From NCBI GenBank assembly GCA_910584975.1, contig CAJUEA010000001.1, positions 205,651 through 269,650 on the forward strand: a stretch of 64,000 nucleotides of DNA, given 5' to 3'. The first letter of the stretch is position 1, and each line of letters opens with the position of its first letter. Position numbers and translations under genes: made by a program. Source of the DNA: an uncultured Christensenella sp. GTDB taxonomy: Bacteria; Bacillota; Clostridia; Christensenellales; UBA3700. Positions 1 through 11,087 of this stretch are shown here, piece after piece. The notes beneath the pieces are model-generated. The model saw nothing but the letters and a program-made list of their open reading frames with translations. It was not told the origin of the DNA and ran no database searches.

Positions 1-41
1 TGGGCATTAATGTTTATTTTTTTCATTGTAATTAATGGATA

Positions 42-70
42 TTGACAATTAAACTTTTTTTTGATAAAAT
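42..70 (+). promoter_or_regulatory. sigma-A-type promoter of the leu operon
   Basis: TTGACA 42-47, 17-nt spacer, TGaTAAAAT ending at 70, about 75 nt upstream of the leuA ATG. Confidence 0.5.
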
Positions 71-148
71 TAATTAATAAAATTTATACTAAATATTTAT
101 TGTCAGAAATTTTGTTGCATAATTATGCTCATTTAAAGAGGAGTTAAC

Positions 149-1816
149 ATGGATTACAAAAAGTACAAGCGTGGCTATTTTATGCCACAAGGAGAAAACA
201 GCAGCTGGGTGGATAAGGAGTATTTGGACAAGGCTCCTATTTGGTGTAGCGTGGATTTGCGTGATGGTAATCAAGCACTTATCACTCCAATGAACCTCGA
301 GCAAAAAATTGAGTTTTTCAAAGCATTATGCGATATTGGATTTAAAGAGATTGAAGTTGGTTTTCCAGCTGCATCACAAACGGAGTTTGATTTTATCAGA
401 ACATTGATAGAAAACAATTTGATTCCTGAAGATGTTACAATTCAGGTGCTTACACAGGCTCGTCCTCATATTATTGACAAAACATTTGAGGCACTTGAAG
501 GAGCAAAGCAAATTATTGTGCATATGTATAACAGCACATCTTTGGCTCAAAGAGAGCAGGTATTCAAAAAATCTAAGCAAGAGATAATTGACCTTGCTGT
601 GAGTGGTGCAAAATATGCAGTTGAAAAGGCAAAAAGCTTTAAAGGCAAGGTCACTTTTGAATATTCTCCAGAAAGTTTTTCGGGCACAGAGCCGGATTAT
701 GCAGTTGAAGTTATAAACAGCGTGCTTGATATCTTCAAGCCGACAAGTGATAACAAAGTGATAATCAATTTGCCAGTGACGGTTGAGCTTAGTATGCCAC
801 ATATTTATGCAAAGCAGGTGGAATATGTTTGCAAAAACATTAATTGCAGGGAAAATGTTATCATTTCATTGCACCCTCACAACGATAGAGGCACTGCTAT
901 TGCAGATGGCGAACTTGGTTTGCTTGCTGGTGGTGACAGGATTGAGGGCACTTTGTTTGGAAATGGTGAAAGAACAGGTAATGGAGATTTAATTACTTTT
1001 GCTATGAACTTGTATTCTCACGGAGTTGACCCAAAACTTAATTTTGAAAACATGCCTCAAATAATCAAGCTATATGAAAAATTGACACAAATGAAAGTTC
1101 CACCCCGTCAGCCATATGTGGGAGAGTTGGTTTATGCGGCTTTCAGTGGTTCACATCAAGATGCCATTGCAAAAGGTATGGCATACAGAGCAAACAATAA
1201 TGTCCCTTTTTGGAATGTACCTTATCTTGCAATCGACCCTCAAGATGTTGGAAAAGAATATATGGCACATGTAATTAGAATCAACAGCCAATCAGGCAAG
1301 GGGGGCGTGAGCTATTTGCTTGAGAGCGTTTATGGATATGAAATTCCTCTTGCAATGAGGGAAGAGCTTGGCTACACTGTAAAAGGTTACAGCGACAATC
1401 TGCAAAAGGAACTTCAAAATGATGAGGTGCTAAATATTTTTTGCAATGAATATATCAATATTGATAGTCCTATTAGGCTGAATGATTATCAATTCAGTAA
1501 AAACAAAAATGGTTATAATGTCATTTTGGAAGTTCAAAATGGTGGTGTAATTAGGCGTTTAAGTGGCAATGGTAATGGTATGTTGGATAGCGTTTCCAAT
1601 GCCATAAAACACGGGTTAGGTTATCATTATGTATTGACAGATTACAAAGAGCACGCAAAGGAAAAAGGTTCAAACTCTTTGGCGATTTCTTATGTTAGCA
1701 TAAAAATTGATGACAAAGATATTTGGGGCGTTGGTGAGGATGAAGATATTGCAAGTTCATCAATCAAGGCATTGCTTTCTGCAATAAACAGACATTTTAA
1801 GGAGATAAAATTATGA
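149..1816 (+). CDS. leuA: 2-isopropylmalate synthase (long form)
   Basis: 555 aa. [12 protein letters not shown] and [11 protein letters not shown] motifs. AGAGGAG RBS upstream of the ATG. First gene of the leuA-C-D-B cluster. Confidence 0.9.
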   Translation: MDYKKYKRGYFMPQGENSSWVDKEYLDKAPIWCSVDLRDGNQALITPMNLEQKIEFFKALCDIGFKEIEVGFPAASQTEFDFIRTLIENNLIPEDVTIQVLTQARPHIIDKTFEALEGAKQIIVHMYNSTSLAQREQVFKKSKQEIIDLAVSGAKYAVEKAKSFKGKVTFEYSPESFSGTEPDYAVEVINSVLDIFKPTSDNKVIINLPVTVELSMPHIYAKQVEYVCKNINCRENVIISLHPHNDRGTAIADGELGLLAGGDRIEGTLFGNGERTGNGDLITFAMNLYSHGVDPKLNFENMPQIIKLYEKLTQMKVPPRQPYVGELVYAAFSGSHQDAIAKGMAYRANNNVPFWNVPYLAIDPQDVGKEYMAHVIRINSQSGKGGVSYLLESVYGYEIPLAMREELGYTVKGYSDNLQKELQNDEVLNIFCNEYINIDSPIRLNDYQFSKNKNGYNVILEVQNGGVIRRLSGNGNGMLDSVSNAIKHGLGYHYVLTDYKEHAKEKGSNSLAISYVSIKIDDKDIWGVGEDEDIASSSIKALLSAINRHFKEIKL

Positions 1817-3075
1817 AAGGAATGACAATGACAGAAAAACTTATCGCTTTGCATTGTGGCAAAGATTATGTTGTTCCAGGTGAACTGGTTATGGCAAATC
1901 TTGATATGATTCTTGCCAATGACATAACTGCACCACTTGCTATTGATGAGTTTGAAAAAGCAGGTTTTGACAAAGTTTTTGACAAGGAAAAAATTGCGTT
2001 GATTATGGATCATTTTGTTCCTTGCAAGGATATCAAATCTGCAATGCAAGTGCAAAAAACAAAGAAATTTGCTGCGAAAATCGGTATTAAACACTTTTAT
2101 GATGCAGGCGAGGCAGGCATTGAACACGCATTTTTGCCAGAAAAAGGACTGGTAAAAGCTGGGGATATGATTATTGGTGCAGATTCTCACACTTGTACTT
2201 ATGGTGCTTTGGGTGCTTTTGCAAGTGGAGTTGGGTCAACTGATTTTGCAGTGGCTATGCGCACAGGTCAAAGTTGGTTTAAGGTGCCAAAAAGCATCAA
2301 GTTTGAATTGGTTGGGAAACCAAAAAGAGGTATTTGTGGCAAAGATATAATTTTGCATATCATCGGAATGATTGGTGTGGATGGTGCAAGATATTGCAGT
2401 ATGGAGTTTGTTGGTGAAGGACTAAAACATCTTAATATGGCAGACAGATTTACCATTGCCAATATGGCGATTGAGGCTGGTGGCAAAAATGGTATTTTTG
2501 AAGTTGATGAAATAACAAAACAATATCTTGATGAGCATTGCAGTTTGCCATACAATGTAGTTAAGGCAGATAAAGATGCAGAGTATTTTCAGACTTATGT
2601 GATTGACCTTTCAAAAATTGATTATCAAGTGGCATTTCCTCATTTGCCTGAAAACATCAAAAAGCCAAGTGAGTGGGGCAGCATTCCTATTGACCAAGTC
2701 GTTATTGGCTCTTGCACAAATGGAAGATATGAGGATATGGTTGCAGCAGCAGAAGTACTTAAAGGCAAAAAGGTAGCAAAAGGATTAAAATGCATTATTA
2801 TTCCTGCAACAATGCAAACATATCTTGATTGTGTAAAAAATGGGTTGGCAGAAATTTTTATCAATGCAGGTGCTTTAATCAGCACTCCAACTTGTGGACC
2901 TTGCCTTGGTGGTTATATGGGTATATTAGCTGACGGCGAAAGGTGTGTTTCCACCACAAATCGAAATTTTGTTGGCAGAATGGGACATATTAACAGCGAA
3001 ATTTATCTTGCAAGTCCAAGTGTTGCGGCTGCAAGTAGTATTTTAGGCAGACTTGCCACTCCGGAGGAAATTTGA
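1813..3075 (+). CDS. leuC: 3-isopropylmalate dehydratase large subunit
   Basis: 420 aa. Aconitase-family Fe-S motifs GSCTNGR and CGPCLG. ATGA overlap with the leuA stop. AAGGAG RBS. Confidence 0.9.
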   Translation: MKGMTMTEKLIALHCGKDYVVPGELVMANLDMILANDITAPLAIDEFEKAGFDKVFDKEKIALIMDHFVPCKDIKSAMQVQKTKKFAAKIGIKHFYDAGEAGIEHAFLPEKGLVKAGDMIIGADSHTCTYGALGAFASGVGSTDFAVAMRTGQSWFKVPKSIKFELVGKPKRGICGKDIILHIIGMIGVDGARYCSMEFVGEGLKHLNMADRFTIANMAIEAGGKNGIFEVDEITKQYLDEHCSLPYNVVKADKDAEYFQTYVIDLSKIDYQVAFPHLPENIKKPSEWGSIPIDQVVIGSCTNGRYEDMVAAAEVLKGKKVAKGLKCIIIPATMQTYLDCVKNGLAEIFINAGALISTPTCGPCLGGYMGILADGERCVSTTNRNFVGRMGHINSEIYLASPSVAAASSILGRLATPEEI

Positions 3076-3076
3076 T

Positions 3077-3571
3077 ATGATAGCACAAGGCAGAGTTTTT
3101 AAATATGGCGACAATGTTGATACGGATGTTATTATTCCTGCAAGATATCTGAACACTCAGGACCATGCAGAGCTTGCAAGTCATTGTATGGAGGATATTG
3201 ATATCAATTTTGCAAAAGAGGTTAAGTGTGGTGACATTATCGTTGGTGGTAATAATTTTGGATGTGGTTCGTCAAGGGAACACGCTCCTATAGCAATCAA
3301 AGCAAGTGGAGTAAGCGTTGTCATTGCAAATTCATTTGCAAGAATTTTTTATAGAAATAGCATTAATATCGGTCTTGCGATTGTTGAGTGTGATATGGCT
3401 GAAAAAATCAACAACGGTGATATTGTTAAAGTTGATTTTTCCAAAGGCATTGTGTACAACATAACTCAAAATTGGCAGTGTGATGTGCCTCCTTTCCCTG
3501 AGTTTATTCAAAATATTATTCAAAACAATGGTTACATTAATAGCATAAAAAAGAGTTTAGGTGAGGTTTGA
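3077..3571 (+). CDS. leuD: 3-isopropylmalate dehydratase small subunit
   Basis: Start moved to the ATG at 3077, which follows GGAGGA at 3063-3068. [15 protein letters not shown] and GCGSSREHA motifs. Confidence 0.88.
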   Translation: MIAQGRVFKYGDNVDTDVIIPARYLNTQDHAELASHCMEDIDINFAKEVKCGDIIVGGNNFGCGSSREHAPIAIKASGVSVVIANSFARIFYRNSINIGLAIVECDMAEKINNGDIVKVDFSKGIVYNITQNWQCDVPPFPEFIQNIIQNNGYINSIKKSLGEV

Positions 3572-3572
3572 T

Positions 3573-4637
3573 ATGGAAAAACGCATATGTGTGATTGAAG
3601 GAGACGGAATTGGTCCTGAAGTTATGGCACAAGCAATCAAGGTGCTTGATAGAGTGGCAGAAAAGTTTTCTCACAAGTTTAACTACGAATATCGTCTTGC
3701 AGGTGGCTGTGCTATTGACAAAACAGGTTGCTGTTTGCCAAAGGAAACACTTGATTGTGTTTTGAGCACGGATAGTACTTTGCTTGGTGCTGTAGGTGGA
3801 AACAAATGGGATAGTCAACCTGCGAACAATCGTCCTGAAAAGGCCTTGCTTGGCATAAGAAAAGCTATGCAAGTTTATGCCAATTTGCGTCCACAAAAAT
3901 TGTATCCACAGCTTTCAACTCCTTTAAGGGCAGATGTAATTGCTGATGGCATTGATATTATGATTGTGCGTGAACTTGTAAGCGGCGTTTATTTTGGAGA
4001 GCACAACCAGTGTGTTGAGAATGGAGAGAATGTTGCAGTAGACATTATGAAATACACTGAGACAGAAATCAAAAGAGTTGCAAAAGTTGCTTTTGAACTG
4101 GCTGAAAAAAGAAGTGGCAATTTGTTGCTTGTGGATAAAGCCAATGTTCTTGCAACTTCAAAATTGTGGCGTAAAGTTGCAAGTGAAATGTCAGCTAATT
4201 ATCCAAATGTTAATCTTTCATTTATGTATGTGGATAATTGTGCAATGCAAATAATCAAAAACCCTTCAAAAATCGATGTTATTTTGACGGAAAATATGTT
4301 TGGCGACATCTTGAGCGATGAGGCAAGTGCTTTGACCAGCTCTATTGGCATGGCAGGATCCGCATCTTTAGGAGATGGCAAAAGAGGCTTTTATGAGGCA
4401 ATTCATGGTTCTGCTCCAGATATAGCAGGTCAGGATATTGCAAATCCTATCGGTATGATTTTGAGCGTGGCAATGATGTTAAAAAATTCTTTTGATATGC
4501 AAAAAGAGGCTCAATGTGTGGAAAATGCTGTGCAAAAATTTATTGAAAATGGTTATCGCACAAAGGATATTTTGCAAGAGAATACGACTTTGGTAAAGTG
4601 TAGTGAGGCAGGAGATATCATTTGCAGTTATATTTAA
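3573..4637 (+). CDS. leuB: 3-isopropylmalate dehydrogenase
   Basis: ICVIEGDGIGPEV N-terminus and isocitrate/isopropylmalate dehydrogenase-like body. Start at the internal ATG 3573 after GGTGAGG. Confidence 0.9.
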   Translation: MEKRICVIEGDGIGPEVMAQAIKVLDRVAEKFSHKFNYEYRLAGGCAIDKTGCCLPKETLDCVLSTDSTLLGAVGGNKWDSQPANNRPEKALLGIRKAMQVYANLRPQKLYPQLSTPLRADVIADGIDIMIVRELVSGVYFGEHNQCVENGENVAVDIMKYTETEIKRVAKVAFELAEKRSGNLLLVDKANVLATSKLWRKVASEMSANYPNVNLSFMYVDNCAMQIIKNPSKIDVILTENMFGDILSDEASALTSSIGMAGSASLGDGKRGFYEAIHGSAPDIAGQDIANPIGMILSVAMMLKNSFDMQKEAQCVENAVQKFIENGYRTKDILQENTTLVKCSEAGDIICSYI

Positions 4638-4924
4638 CAAAGACATTAACTGACTTAAAATTTAATGTTAAAAAAGTCTAATTGCATTTTGCATCTAGCT
4701 TTAATAATCATAAAAAAGCAAAAAAAATTTACATATGAACAAACTTGCATTTTTTTGAATAAAGTGTTAATATAAATATAGATAGTTGATATTTTGTCAA
4801 TATTTTTCAAAGTTTGTCATATAATGTTTAATGTCGAATTTGAAAAAATTATAAATCAGACTAATCAATCAATTTATCATAAAATTACCAATTAAGCTTA
4901 TTTAAATTAAGAGAAGGATTGACT

Positions 4925-5536
4925 ATGAAAAAGAAAATTATTTGTCTTCTAGTTGTTTTAATGTTAGCAGTTTGTGCAATCGGGCTTAGTGCTTGTGATT
5001 TGTTTGGTGGAAATGATGGAAATGGCACACAAACTGAACAGCCTGATGGTAATGCCAATAAATTTGATGATAATGCAAGTAGTGGTCAAAAAGCACCAAA
5101 ACTTTCTTACTTGTACAAGTTTGATATTTCAGCATTGCAATTTTCTGATATGATGTATCCAAGTGAAGAAACTGCTGATAATGCAGATTTGGCTGTAAAA
5201 TATGAAGAGTATTTGTGGAAATTGCAAGAATATCAGCTTTATGTAAATGAGATTAATGCGAAATATACAGGTTCTCAATTTGCTTTTTATGATAACAACA
5301 CTGCTGTTTTGACATTTGCAGATGGTAGCACTGCAAATTATCTGTATAGGAAAACTTCAGAATATGATCCTGAAACTAGAACAACTATTTATTACATAGA
5401 TATTCTTACAATAGAAGATGGCAAATATGTGATAGAGCTTTACGCTGTTTTGGACGAAGAGGTTATGTTGTTCAGCACACAAATGGATGATGATGGAATG
5501 TTCAATATGTATTTGCAATTTGTAGTGAGCAAGTAA
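4925..5536 (+). CDS. putative lipoprotein
   Basis: Signal peptide MKKKIICLLVVLMLAVCAIGLSAC with an LSAC lipobox. GAGAAGGA RBS. No recognisable domain. Confidence 0.6.
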   Translation: MKKKIICLLVVLMLAVCAIGLSACDLFGGNDGNGTQTEQPDGNANKFDDNASSGQKAPKLSYLYKFDISALQFSDMMYPSEETADNADLAVKYEEYLWKLQEYQLYVNEINAKYTGSQFAFYDNNTAVLTFADGSTANYLYRKTSEYDPETRTTIYYIDILTIEDGKYVIELYAVLDEEVMLFSTQMDDDGMFNMYLQFVVSK

Positions 5537-5585
5537 AAAATATTGTTCCAATAAAGTTTTTTGAAAATGTAATATTTATTCCATG

Positions 5586-5620
5586 AAACAAGCCGTGATT
5601 AAGTCACGGCTTGTTTGTTT
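5586..5620. terminator. bidirectional intrinsic terminator
   Basis: Perfect 13-bp stem aaacaagccgtga/tcacggcttgttt with loop ttaag, flanked by A and T runs, between convergent genes. Confidence 0.8.
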
Positions 5621-5654
5621 AAAAATTTTGCATTTAATTTATTTTATTATAAAA

Positions 5655-5909
5655 TCATTCGTAACATTCAATTTCCATTGAGTCATAGTCAAAGCTTTCC
5701 ACAAAATCATCGGGTATAAATCTGTGAACATTAAATTCCTTAAAATGTTTGAAATGAATTTGCATTGTAACAGGAGAGGAGATTTCCAAAAGTTCAGCAA
5801 CTTTACGGAGCATATTTTCATAGCTATCAAAATTCAAAGGCATATTGTCTGCATACAATGTGTCTTTAACATTTTTTCCGTCAGTGATTAATCTTGCCCA
5901 AATTTTCAT
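5655..5909 (-). CDS. hypothetical small cytoplasmic protein
   Basis: 84-aa ORF with a GAGGA RBS 9 nt upstream. No motif recognised. Confidence 0.5.
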   Translation of the reverse strand: MKIWARLITDGKNVKDTLYADNMPLNFDSYENMLRKVAELLEISSPVTMQIHFKHFKEFNVHRFIPDDFVESFDYDSMEIECYE

Positions 5910-5967
5910 AAACTTATTTCCTCAGTTGTATTTTGTGTAGGAAAGTGCTTTTTAAACATATTAATTG

Positions 5968-5996
5968 CAAAAAGGTTGCAAGCTACAACCTTTTAT
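5968..5996 (-). terminator. intrinsic terminator after the 6065-6700 gene
   Basis: Stem aaaaggttg/caacctttt with a 7-nt loop, then a U-run on the minus strand. Confidence 0.6.
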
Positions 5997-6064
5997 CTGT
6001 TATTTTTCATTAAATTTTCAATTATAATAAAATTAAAGAATAACAATAGATCACATTTTCAATT

Positions 6065-6700
6065 TTAGATAACCATATAATAGATAAAAGTGCCCAAAAG
6101 TCCAAGTGCTGCCACTCCAAAAATAATGGCGAACTTGACACACGATTTGCTTTGTTGTGTACAATTTTTGCAACCACAGCGGTTGTCAATAGCTTTGCCT
6201 CTCACTAAATAAGCAACAGCAAGAGAAATTAAACCAATGGCTAAAAGTAAAAAACTTAAAGGATGTCTGACTTTGCCTATGTTGAAAAGTGATATAATAA
6301 TTGCTGCCAAAATAAATGGAATGCAAATAAATTGAAGATTTTTCAGCCTATTATCCAGTTTGCTGTCCAACTTACAATGTTTGTTTTGGCTACTTTCAGC
6401 ATTGTCACTTTGATTGCTTTCAATCGGTTGATTATCGCATATTGTAGGGATATTTTCAGAGGATGAGTTTTCACCTAAAGTGTTTGATTGTGCAAAATAA
6501 GTGTTTCTATTCATAAAGTTGTCATTTATGTTATTTTCAGAAACTGGCACTTGTTCAACCATATTTTCAGTGATGTTTGTTTGCTTGTTATGTACAAAAT
6601 CATTGATATTGCTTTGTGCATCAACATTCAAACTATCATCCAAGCTATTTTGAGTTTCAAAATCATTTGTATTTTGAGATTTGTTATCCAAATTGTTCAT
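6065..6700 (-). CDS. membrane protein with an Asn/Gln/Ser-rich low-complexity N-terminus
   Basis: 211 aa. C-terminal half has 3 predicted hydrophobic helices. Directly downstream of the UPF0210 gene. Confidence 0.55.
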   Translation of the reverse strand: MNNLDNKSQNTNDFETQNSLDDSLNVDAQSNINDFVHNKQTNITENMVEQVPVSENNINDNFMNRNTYFAQSNTLGENSSSENIPTICDNQPIESNQSDNAESSQNKHCKLDSKLDNRLKNLQFICIPFILAAIIISLFNIGKVRHPLSFLLLAIGLISLAVAYLVRGKAIDNRCGCKNCTQQSKSCVKFAIIFGVAALGLLGTFIYYMVI

Positions 6701-6726
6701 ATAATTGTTATTACCTATTTTTTAAA

Positions 6727-8076
6727 TTAGTTTTTAAGGCTGTGTAGTGGAGCAGGAATTCTTCCACCTCTGCCAATAAATTTTGCAGGGGAATTTTTGT
6801 TTACTGCAATAATTGGTGCGTGTCCTAAAAGACCACCAAACTCTGCATAATCGCCCACACCTTTGCCAATAACAGGAATAACTCTTACGGCAGTAGTTTT
6901 CATATTTACCATACCAATTGCAGATTCGTCTGCGATAATACCACTGATAACTTCGGCAGGAGTATCACCCGGAATTGCAATCATATCAAGTCCAACAGAG
7001 CAAACACAAGTCATAGCTTCAAGTTTTTCAATGTTAAGGTCGCCACATTCAGTTGCACGGATCATTCCAGCATCTTCACTTACAGGGATGAAAGCTCCTG
7101 AAAGTCCACCAACAGCAGAGCTTGCCATAATTCCACCTTTTTTAACTGCATCGTTTAGCATTGCAAGACAAGCAGTTGTTCCACAAGCCCCCACGCTTTC
7201 AAGCCCGATTTCCTCAAGAATATGAGCAACGCTGTCGCCCATAACTGGAGTAGGAGCAAGAGACAAGTCGACAATACCACAATTAACACCAAGTCTTTTT
7301 GCTGTTTCACGGCATACAAGTGAACCAACTCTTGTGATTTTGAAAGCAGTTTCTTTTATTTTTTCAGCAACTTGAACAAGATCTCCATTTACGCTTTCAA
7401 GTGCATGTTTAACAACACCCGGACCACTAACACCAACATTCAAAGTAAGGTCGTTTTCGCCAACGCCATGGAAAGCACCTGCCATAAAAGGATTGTCCTC
7501 AACAGCATTGCAAAAAACAACAAGCTTTGCGCAAGCAAGACTATCTTTATCTGCAGTTTTTTCTGCGCATTCACGAATTATTTTTCCCATCAACGCAACA
7601 GCATCCATATTTATGCCTGTTTTTGTTGAGCCGACATTGACAGAAGAGCACACCTTGCCAGTGGTTGAAAGTGCCTCTGGAATAGACATAATAAATTGTT
7701 TTTCATATTCAGTCATACCTTTGTGAACCAAAGCAGAATAGCCACCCAAAAAGTCAATGCCAATTTCGTTTGCAGCTTTGTCAAGTGCACGGATAACTTC
7801 CAAATGACCACCATTGTTTGCAGTGATAAGGCTGACAGGTGTAACGCTTACACGCTTGTTGACAATAGGAATCCCCAATTCGCTGCTAAGTTGGTTTGCA
7901 GTTTTAACCAAATTTTTTGCTGATTTTGTAATTTTATCATAAACTTTCTCAGCAGTACGCTTTGGTGTGTCCGCAATACAATCAAGCAATGATATGCCAA
8001 GGGTAGTGGTGCGCACATCCAAATGTTGCTGATTTATCATTTGAATAGTTTCAAAAATTTCTTTATTATTAATCAT
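6727..8076 (-). CDS. UPF0210 (DUF711/PFL-like) family protein
   Basis: About 449 aa. [24 protein letters not shown]-terminus is typical of UPF0210. Start set at ATG 8076 because GAGG abuts the TTG at 8082. Paired with the ACT protein upstream. Confidence 0.8.
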   Translation of the reverse strand: MINNKEIFETIQMINQQHLDVRTTTLGISLLDCIADTPKRTAEKVYDKITKSAKNLVKTANQLSSELGIPIVNKRVSVTPVSLITANNGGHLEVIRALDKAANEIGIDFLGGYSALVHKGMTEYEKQFIMSIPEALSTTGKVCSSVNVGSTKTGINMDAVALMGKIIRECAEKTADKDSLACAKLVVFCNAVEDNPFMAGAFHGVGENDLTLNVGVSGPGVVKHALESVNGDLVQVAEKIKETAFKITRVGSLVCRETAKRLGVNCGIVDLSLAPTPVMGDSVAHILEEIGLESVGACGTTACLAMLNDAVKKGGIMASSAVGGLSGAFIPVSEDAGMIRATECGDLNIEKLEAMTCVCSVGLDMIAIPGDTPAEVISGIIADESAIGMVNMKTTAVRVIPVIGKGVGDYAEFGGLLGHAPIIAVNKNSPAKFIGRGGRIPAPLHSLKN

Positions 8077-8090
8077 TTTCAACCTCTAAA

Positions 8091-8357
8091 TTAAAGTTTG
8101 TGCATAGCATTAAAAATATCTTCGTGTTGAACGCGAATAGTAACTCCCAGTTCTTCTCCAGCTTTTGTCAAAATGTTGCTAAGTTTGGTAACATCGCTGT
8201 TTGCACTGATAGAAACCATCATAATCATAGTGAAATAATCTTGCATAATTGTTTGAGAAATGTCCTCAATATTAATATCCTGTTCGTATAAAATATTGCT
8301 GACTTTTGCAATAATACCTTTTTTGTCCTTGCCAATTACAGAAACAATCGCTTTCAT
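8091..8357 (-). CDS. ACT domain protein (UPF0237 family)
   Basis: 88 aa. MKAIVSVIGKDKKGIIAKVS ACT-fold signature. AAGAGG RBS. Conserved partner of UPF0210. Confidence 0.8.
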   Translation of the reverse strand: MKAIVSVIGKDKKGIIAKVSNILYEQDINIEDISQTIMQDYFTMIMMVSISANSDVTKLSNILTKAGEELGVTIRVQHEDIFNAMHKL

Positions 8358-8538
8358 AATAACCTCTTTTTCTTAAATTAAAATGTTGCACAATCAAATT
8401 GTCGAAAGTGTACCTATTTATTGTAACATATAATAAAAATAAACACAAGATATTTGTCAGAAAAAATAAATTTTCTTGCGTATAATTTTGCATTATTGAA
8501 AGATAATAATGGTGTAACAATGTTACAAGGAGGGGAAA

Positions 8539-8814
8539 ATGATTACAGTAATAGCAATGATATTAATGATTATTGGTGCATTCAACTGGTTTTCAGTTGG
8601 TGTGTTTGATTTTAACTTCGTGGATTGGATTTTCACATCAAACGCATATATCGGTGCCAGAATTTTGTATGGTATCATAGGTGTAGCTGCGTTGTGGTTG
8701 GTATTCTATCTTGCTTACAATAAGTTTAGTGGTAGAAGAATTAACGCACCAGAAAGTGTTGCTGGCAGAAATCGCCATATGAGCAACAATGTGTCAAGTT
8801 CAGAGGAGTATTAA
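8539..8814 (+). CDS. DUF378 family small membrane protein
   Basis: 91 aa. IGAFNWFSVGVFDFNFV motif. AAGGAGGGG RBS. Confidence 0.75.
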   Translation: MITVIAMILMIIGAFNWFSVGVFDFNFVDWIFTSNAYIGARILYGIIGVAALWLVFYLAYNKFSGRRINAPESVAGRNRHMSNNVSSSEEY

Positions 8815-8843
8815 TTTTTCTTTGAGCAGACATTGCAAATATA

Positions 8844-8877
8844 CCGACAAAGGCAAAAGTCTTTGTCGGATTTTTTT
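8844..8877 (+). terminator. intrinsic terminator
   Basis: Stem ccgacaaag/ctttgtcgg followed by a T7 run. Confidence 0.8.
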
Positions 8878-9018
8878 GTCATCATTGCTTGAAAAAAAGT
8901 GTTTATTGTGATAGAATACTAATATAATGATAATTTATGTTTGATGTAAGGCAAAGATTTTTTAAGATTTTATTCGCCTAACCATATCATTAAGCAAATT
9001 TATTATATTGGAGTACAA

Positions 9019-9738
9019 ATGGATATTAAGTGTAAAAATTGTGGTCAAATGATTGACGAAAACGACAAGTATTGCAAATATTGTGGTTATCTTATACCTC
9101 AAAAAGAGGAGGAAATCCCCCTTTCAAAGCTTGCCTTGCAGGATAAAGTGCAAGAGAGCAAAGCAACAATTTATGAGGATGAAATTGTTGGTAGCAGTAA
9201 CTGGAGTTTTGCAGATTTGGCAGTGGTAAAAGAAGGGGACAAAAGCTCGTTATATTCAAAAAGTGTTGTTTATACAATACTTTGCATCTTGCTAGGTGTA
9301 GCGTGTATGATTGCTGCTTTTTTGTGCAAATTTATGATTACAAACAATATGGTTGCGTTGATTTGCCTTTTGATTTTTATGTTTGCAATGATAGTATCTT
9401 ATGGCTTTGCACTGGAGAGATATTACAACACAAAAGGACTTAAAAATCTTGAACAAGACAAAATAACTGTGAAGAAATACGGATTTAAAAAACCTGCAGA
9501 AATACTTATTGACGGATATGTTTTTGAGCTTGTAATAGACAAAGTTTGTCCTGTGTGTGAGGGAGATGTTATTGGAGATTTGCACATCGAAAAGATTGAA
9601 AAAAAGATTGTGGTTGTGTGCAATATAAACAGAAAACACATATTTCAAATTGATGAAAACGCATTTGTATCGGCTCTAAGAAATGGGCAAATTGAAATGC
9701 GAAACAAAGGCAAAAACAAAAATCAACAAAGCAAATAA
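9019..9738 (+). CDS. zinc-ribbon membrane protein (hypothetical)
   Basis: N-terminal CKNCG...CKYCG zinc ribbon, two TM helices, and a second CPVCEG motif. Confidence 0.55.
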   Translation: MDIKCKNCGQMIDENDKYCKYCGYLIPQKEEEIPLSKLALQDKVQESKATIYEDEIVGSSNWSFADLAVVKEGDKSSLYSKSVVYTILCILLGVACMIAAFLCKFMITNNMVALICLLIFMFAMIVSYGFALERYYNTKGLKNLEQDKITVKKYGFKKPAEILIDGYVFELVIDKVCPVCEGDVIGDLHIEKIEKKIVVVCNINRKHIFQIDENAFVSALRNGQIEMRNKGKNKNQQSK

Positions 9739-9750
9739 ATTTAAAAATAT

Positions 9751-9767
9751 GTCAAAAATCGGTATTA
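9751..9767 (+). repeat. recurrent 17-nt motif copy (gtcaaaaatcggtatta)
   Basis: Identical 17-mer to 24136-24152. Intergenic. Confidence 0.7.
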
Positions 9768-9773
9768 AAACAC

Positions 9774-9801
9774 AAAATCGCCTTGTTTAAGGCGATTTTT
9801 T
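9774..9801. terminator. bidirectional intrinsic terminator
   Basis: Stem aaaatcgcc/ggcgatttt between convergent genes. Confidence 0.75.
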
Positions 9802-10307
9802 CAAATAACTCTGCACAAAAGACAACCTACGATTGCACCAATCATTGTGCTGAACAATGACACAGGAATTGCGTATCTCAGTTTAGTAATTTTGCTTGTG
9901 GAAAAATAAACAGCTGTTATGTAAAAAATTGTTTCTGCGGCACCTGCAATGATAGAACCACACCTTGCAATATAAGAATCTACACCATACATAAGATAAA
10001 TTTCGTCCAAAATTGCAAGACTTCCGTTGCCACTAAGCGGACGCAAAATCATAAGTTTTGTCAGTTCCTTTGGTATTCCGAAAAAGCCAAAAACAGGAGA
10101 TAACCATTGCGTTAAAATGTCCGAAATACCACTTATGTTTAAAAGTTCCACTGCAATAAAAATTGCTGCAATAAAAGGAAAAATATCTGCCACAAGTTTT
10201 AATGCAGATTTTATTCCTTCCGTAAAACAATTATAAAGAGGTATTTTTTTGATAAGGGCATAAACAAATATAGTCAGAAAAATTACGGGTACAATATAAT
10301 TTGCCAT
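9801..10307 (-). CDS. spmB: spore maturation protein B (nucleoside-recognition domain membrane protein)
   Basis: Start set at ATG 10307, 4 nt after the spmA stop. Polytopic membrane protein paired with spmA. Confidence 0.75.
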   Translation of the reverse strand: MANYIVPVIFLTIFVYALIKKIPLYNCFTEGIKSALKLVADIFPFIAAIFIAVELLNISGISDILTQWLSPVFGFFGIPKELTKLMILRPLSGNGSLAILDEIYLMYGVDSYIARCGSIIAGAAETIFYITAVYFSTSKITKLRYAIPVSLFSTMIGAIVGCLLCRVI

Positions 10308-10311
10308 AATA

Positions 10312-10878
10312 TCACTCCTTTTCCTTGCTAAATCGTCTGAATAGCATACACAAGCAAATGCCACATATTGTGGAGACAAGTGAGGATAGCAGTGTTGGCA
10401 AAATGATGTCAGCAGGGTTAATACTTCCCATGCTTGCCCTCATGCCCAAAATTGTGGAGGGAAGAAGTTCAAGGCTCGTGCAGTTGATAACGACAAAAAG
10501 AATTATATTGTGGCTTGCGTAAATTTTTCCTTTATCCATTCTTTCAATTGCTTGAATGCCAAGTGGGGTTGCAACAGAACCAATGCCCAGCATGTTTGCA
10601 GAAAAATTCATGCTTATGCTTGCAATAGCATCTTCCGATTCTCCTTTAAAAAGTCTTTTCACGATGGGGGATAGAAGTTTTGCAACCTTTTTGTCCAGTT
10701 TGCTTTGCTCAATAATACGCATAATTGCAATCCAAACGCTGTAAATTGCAAGCAATCTTATGGCAAGAGTAATGGCAGAACTGGCACCATTTATCATTGA
10801 AGAAAGCACGAGTTCGGGAGATTTGTAAATCATAAGAGCTATGCTACTGGTTGTCATTATGAAAAATATAAAGTTCAT
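10312..10878 (-). CDS. spmA: spore maturation protein A
   Basis: 188 aa. Gate/nucleoside-recognition-like membrane protein. SpmA-SpmB gene pair arrangement. Confidence 0.75.
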   Translation of the reverse strand: MNFIFFIMTTSSIALMIYKSPELVLSSMINGASSAITLAIRLLAIYSVWIAIMRIIEQSKLDKKVAKLLSPIVKRLFKGESEDAIASISMNFSANMLGIGSVATPLGIQAIERMDKGKIYASHNIILFVVINCTSLELLPSTILGMRASMGSINPADIILPTLLSSLVSTICGICLCMLFRRFSKEKE

Positions 10879-11087
10879 ATTAAAGTGTATGACGGGCTTA
10901 GGGCTTGTATTCTAAAAGCTTAAAAATTTTAAATAAGCCAAAAAACTATTTACTTTTTTTTAATATAGTGTTAAAATAATAAAATATAGAGCAAAATGTA
11001 AAAATCTGTTGTTTAATCAAATAAATGGCAAATGCTTTTGTAAAAAACAAAAAAGGTCATACTCATTTGTATGAAAAGGAGATAAAT

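Noticed and set aside
10879-11087. Looked for T-box leaders upstream of metG, and also of leuA (1-148) and asnS (46313-46318)
   Set aside because: The leaders are too short and lack a specifier loop, T-box sequence or terminator-antiterminator pair. asnS is only 6 nt from ppiB.
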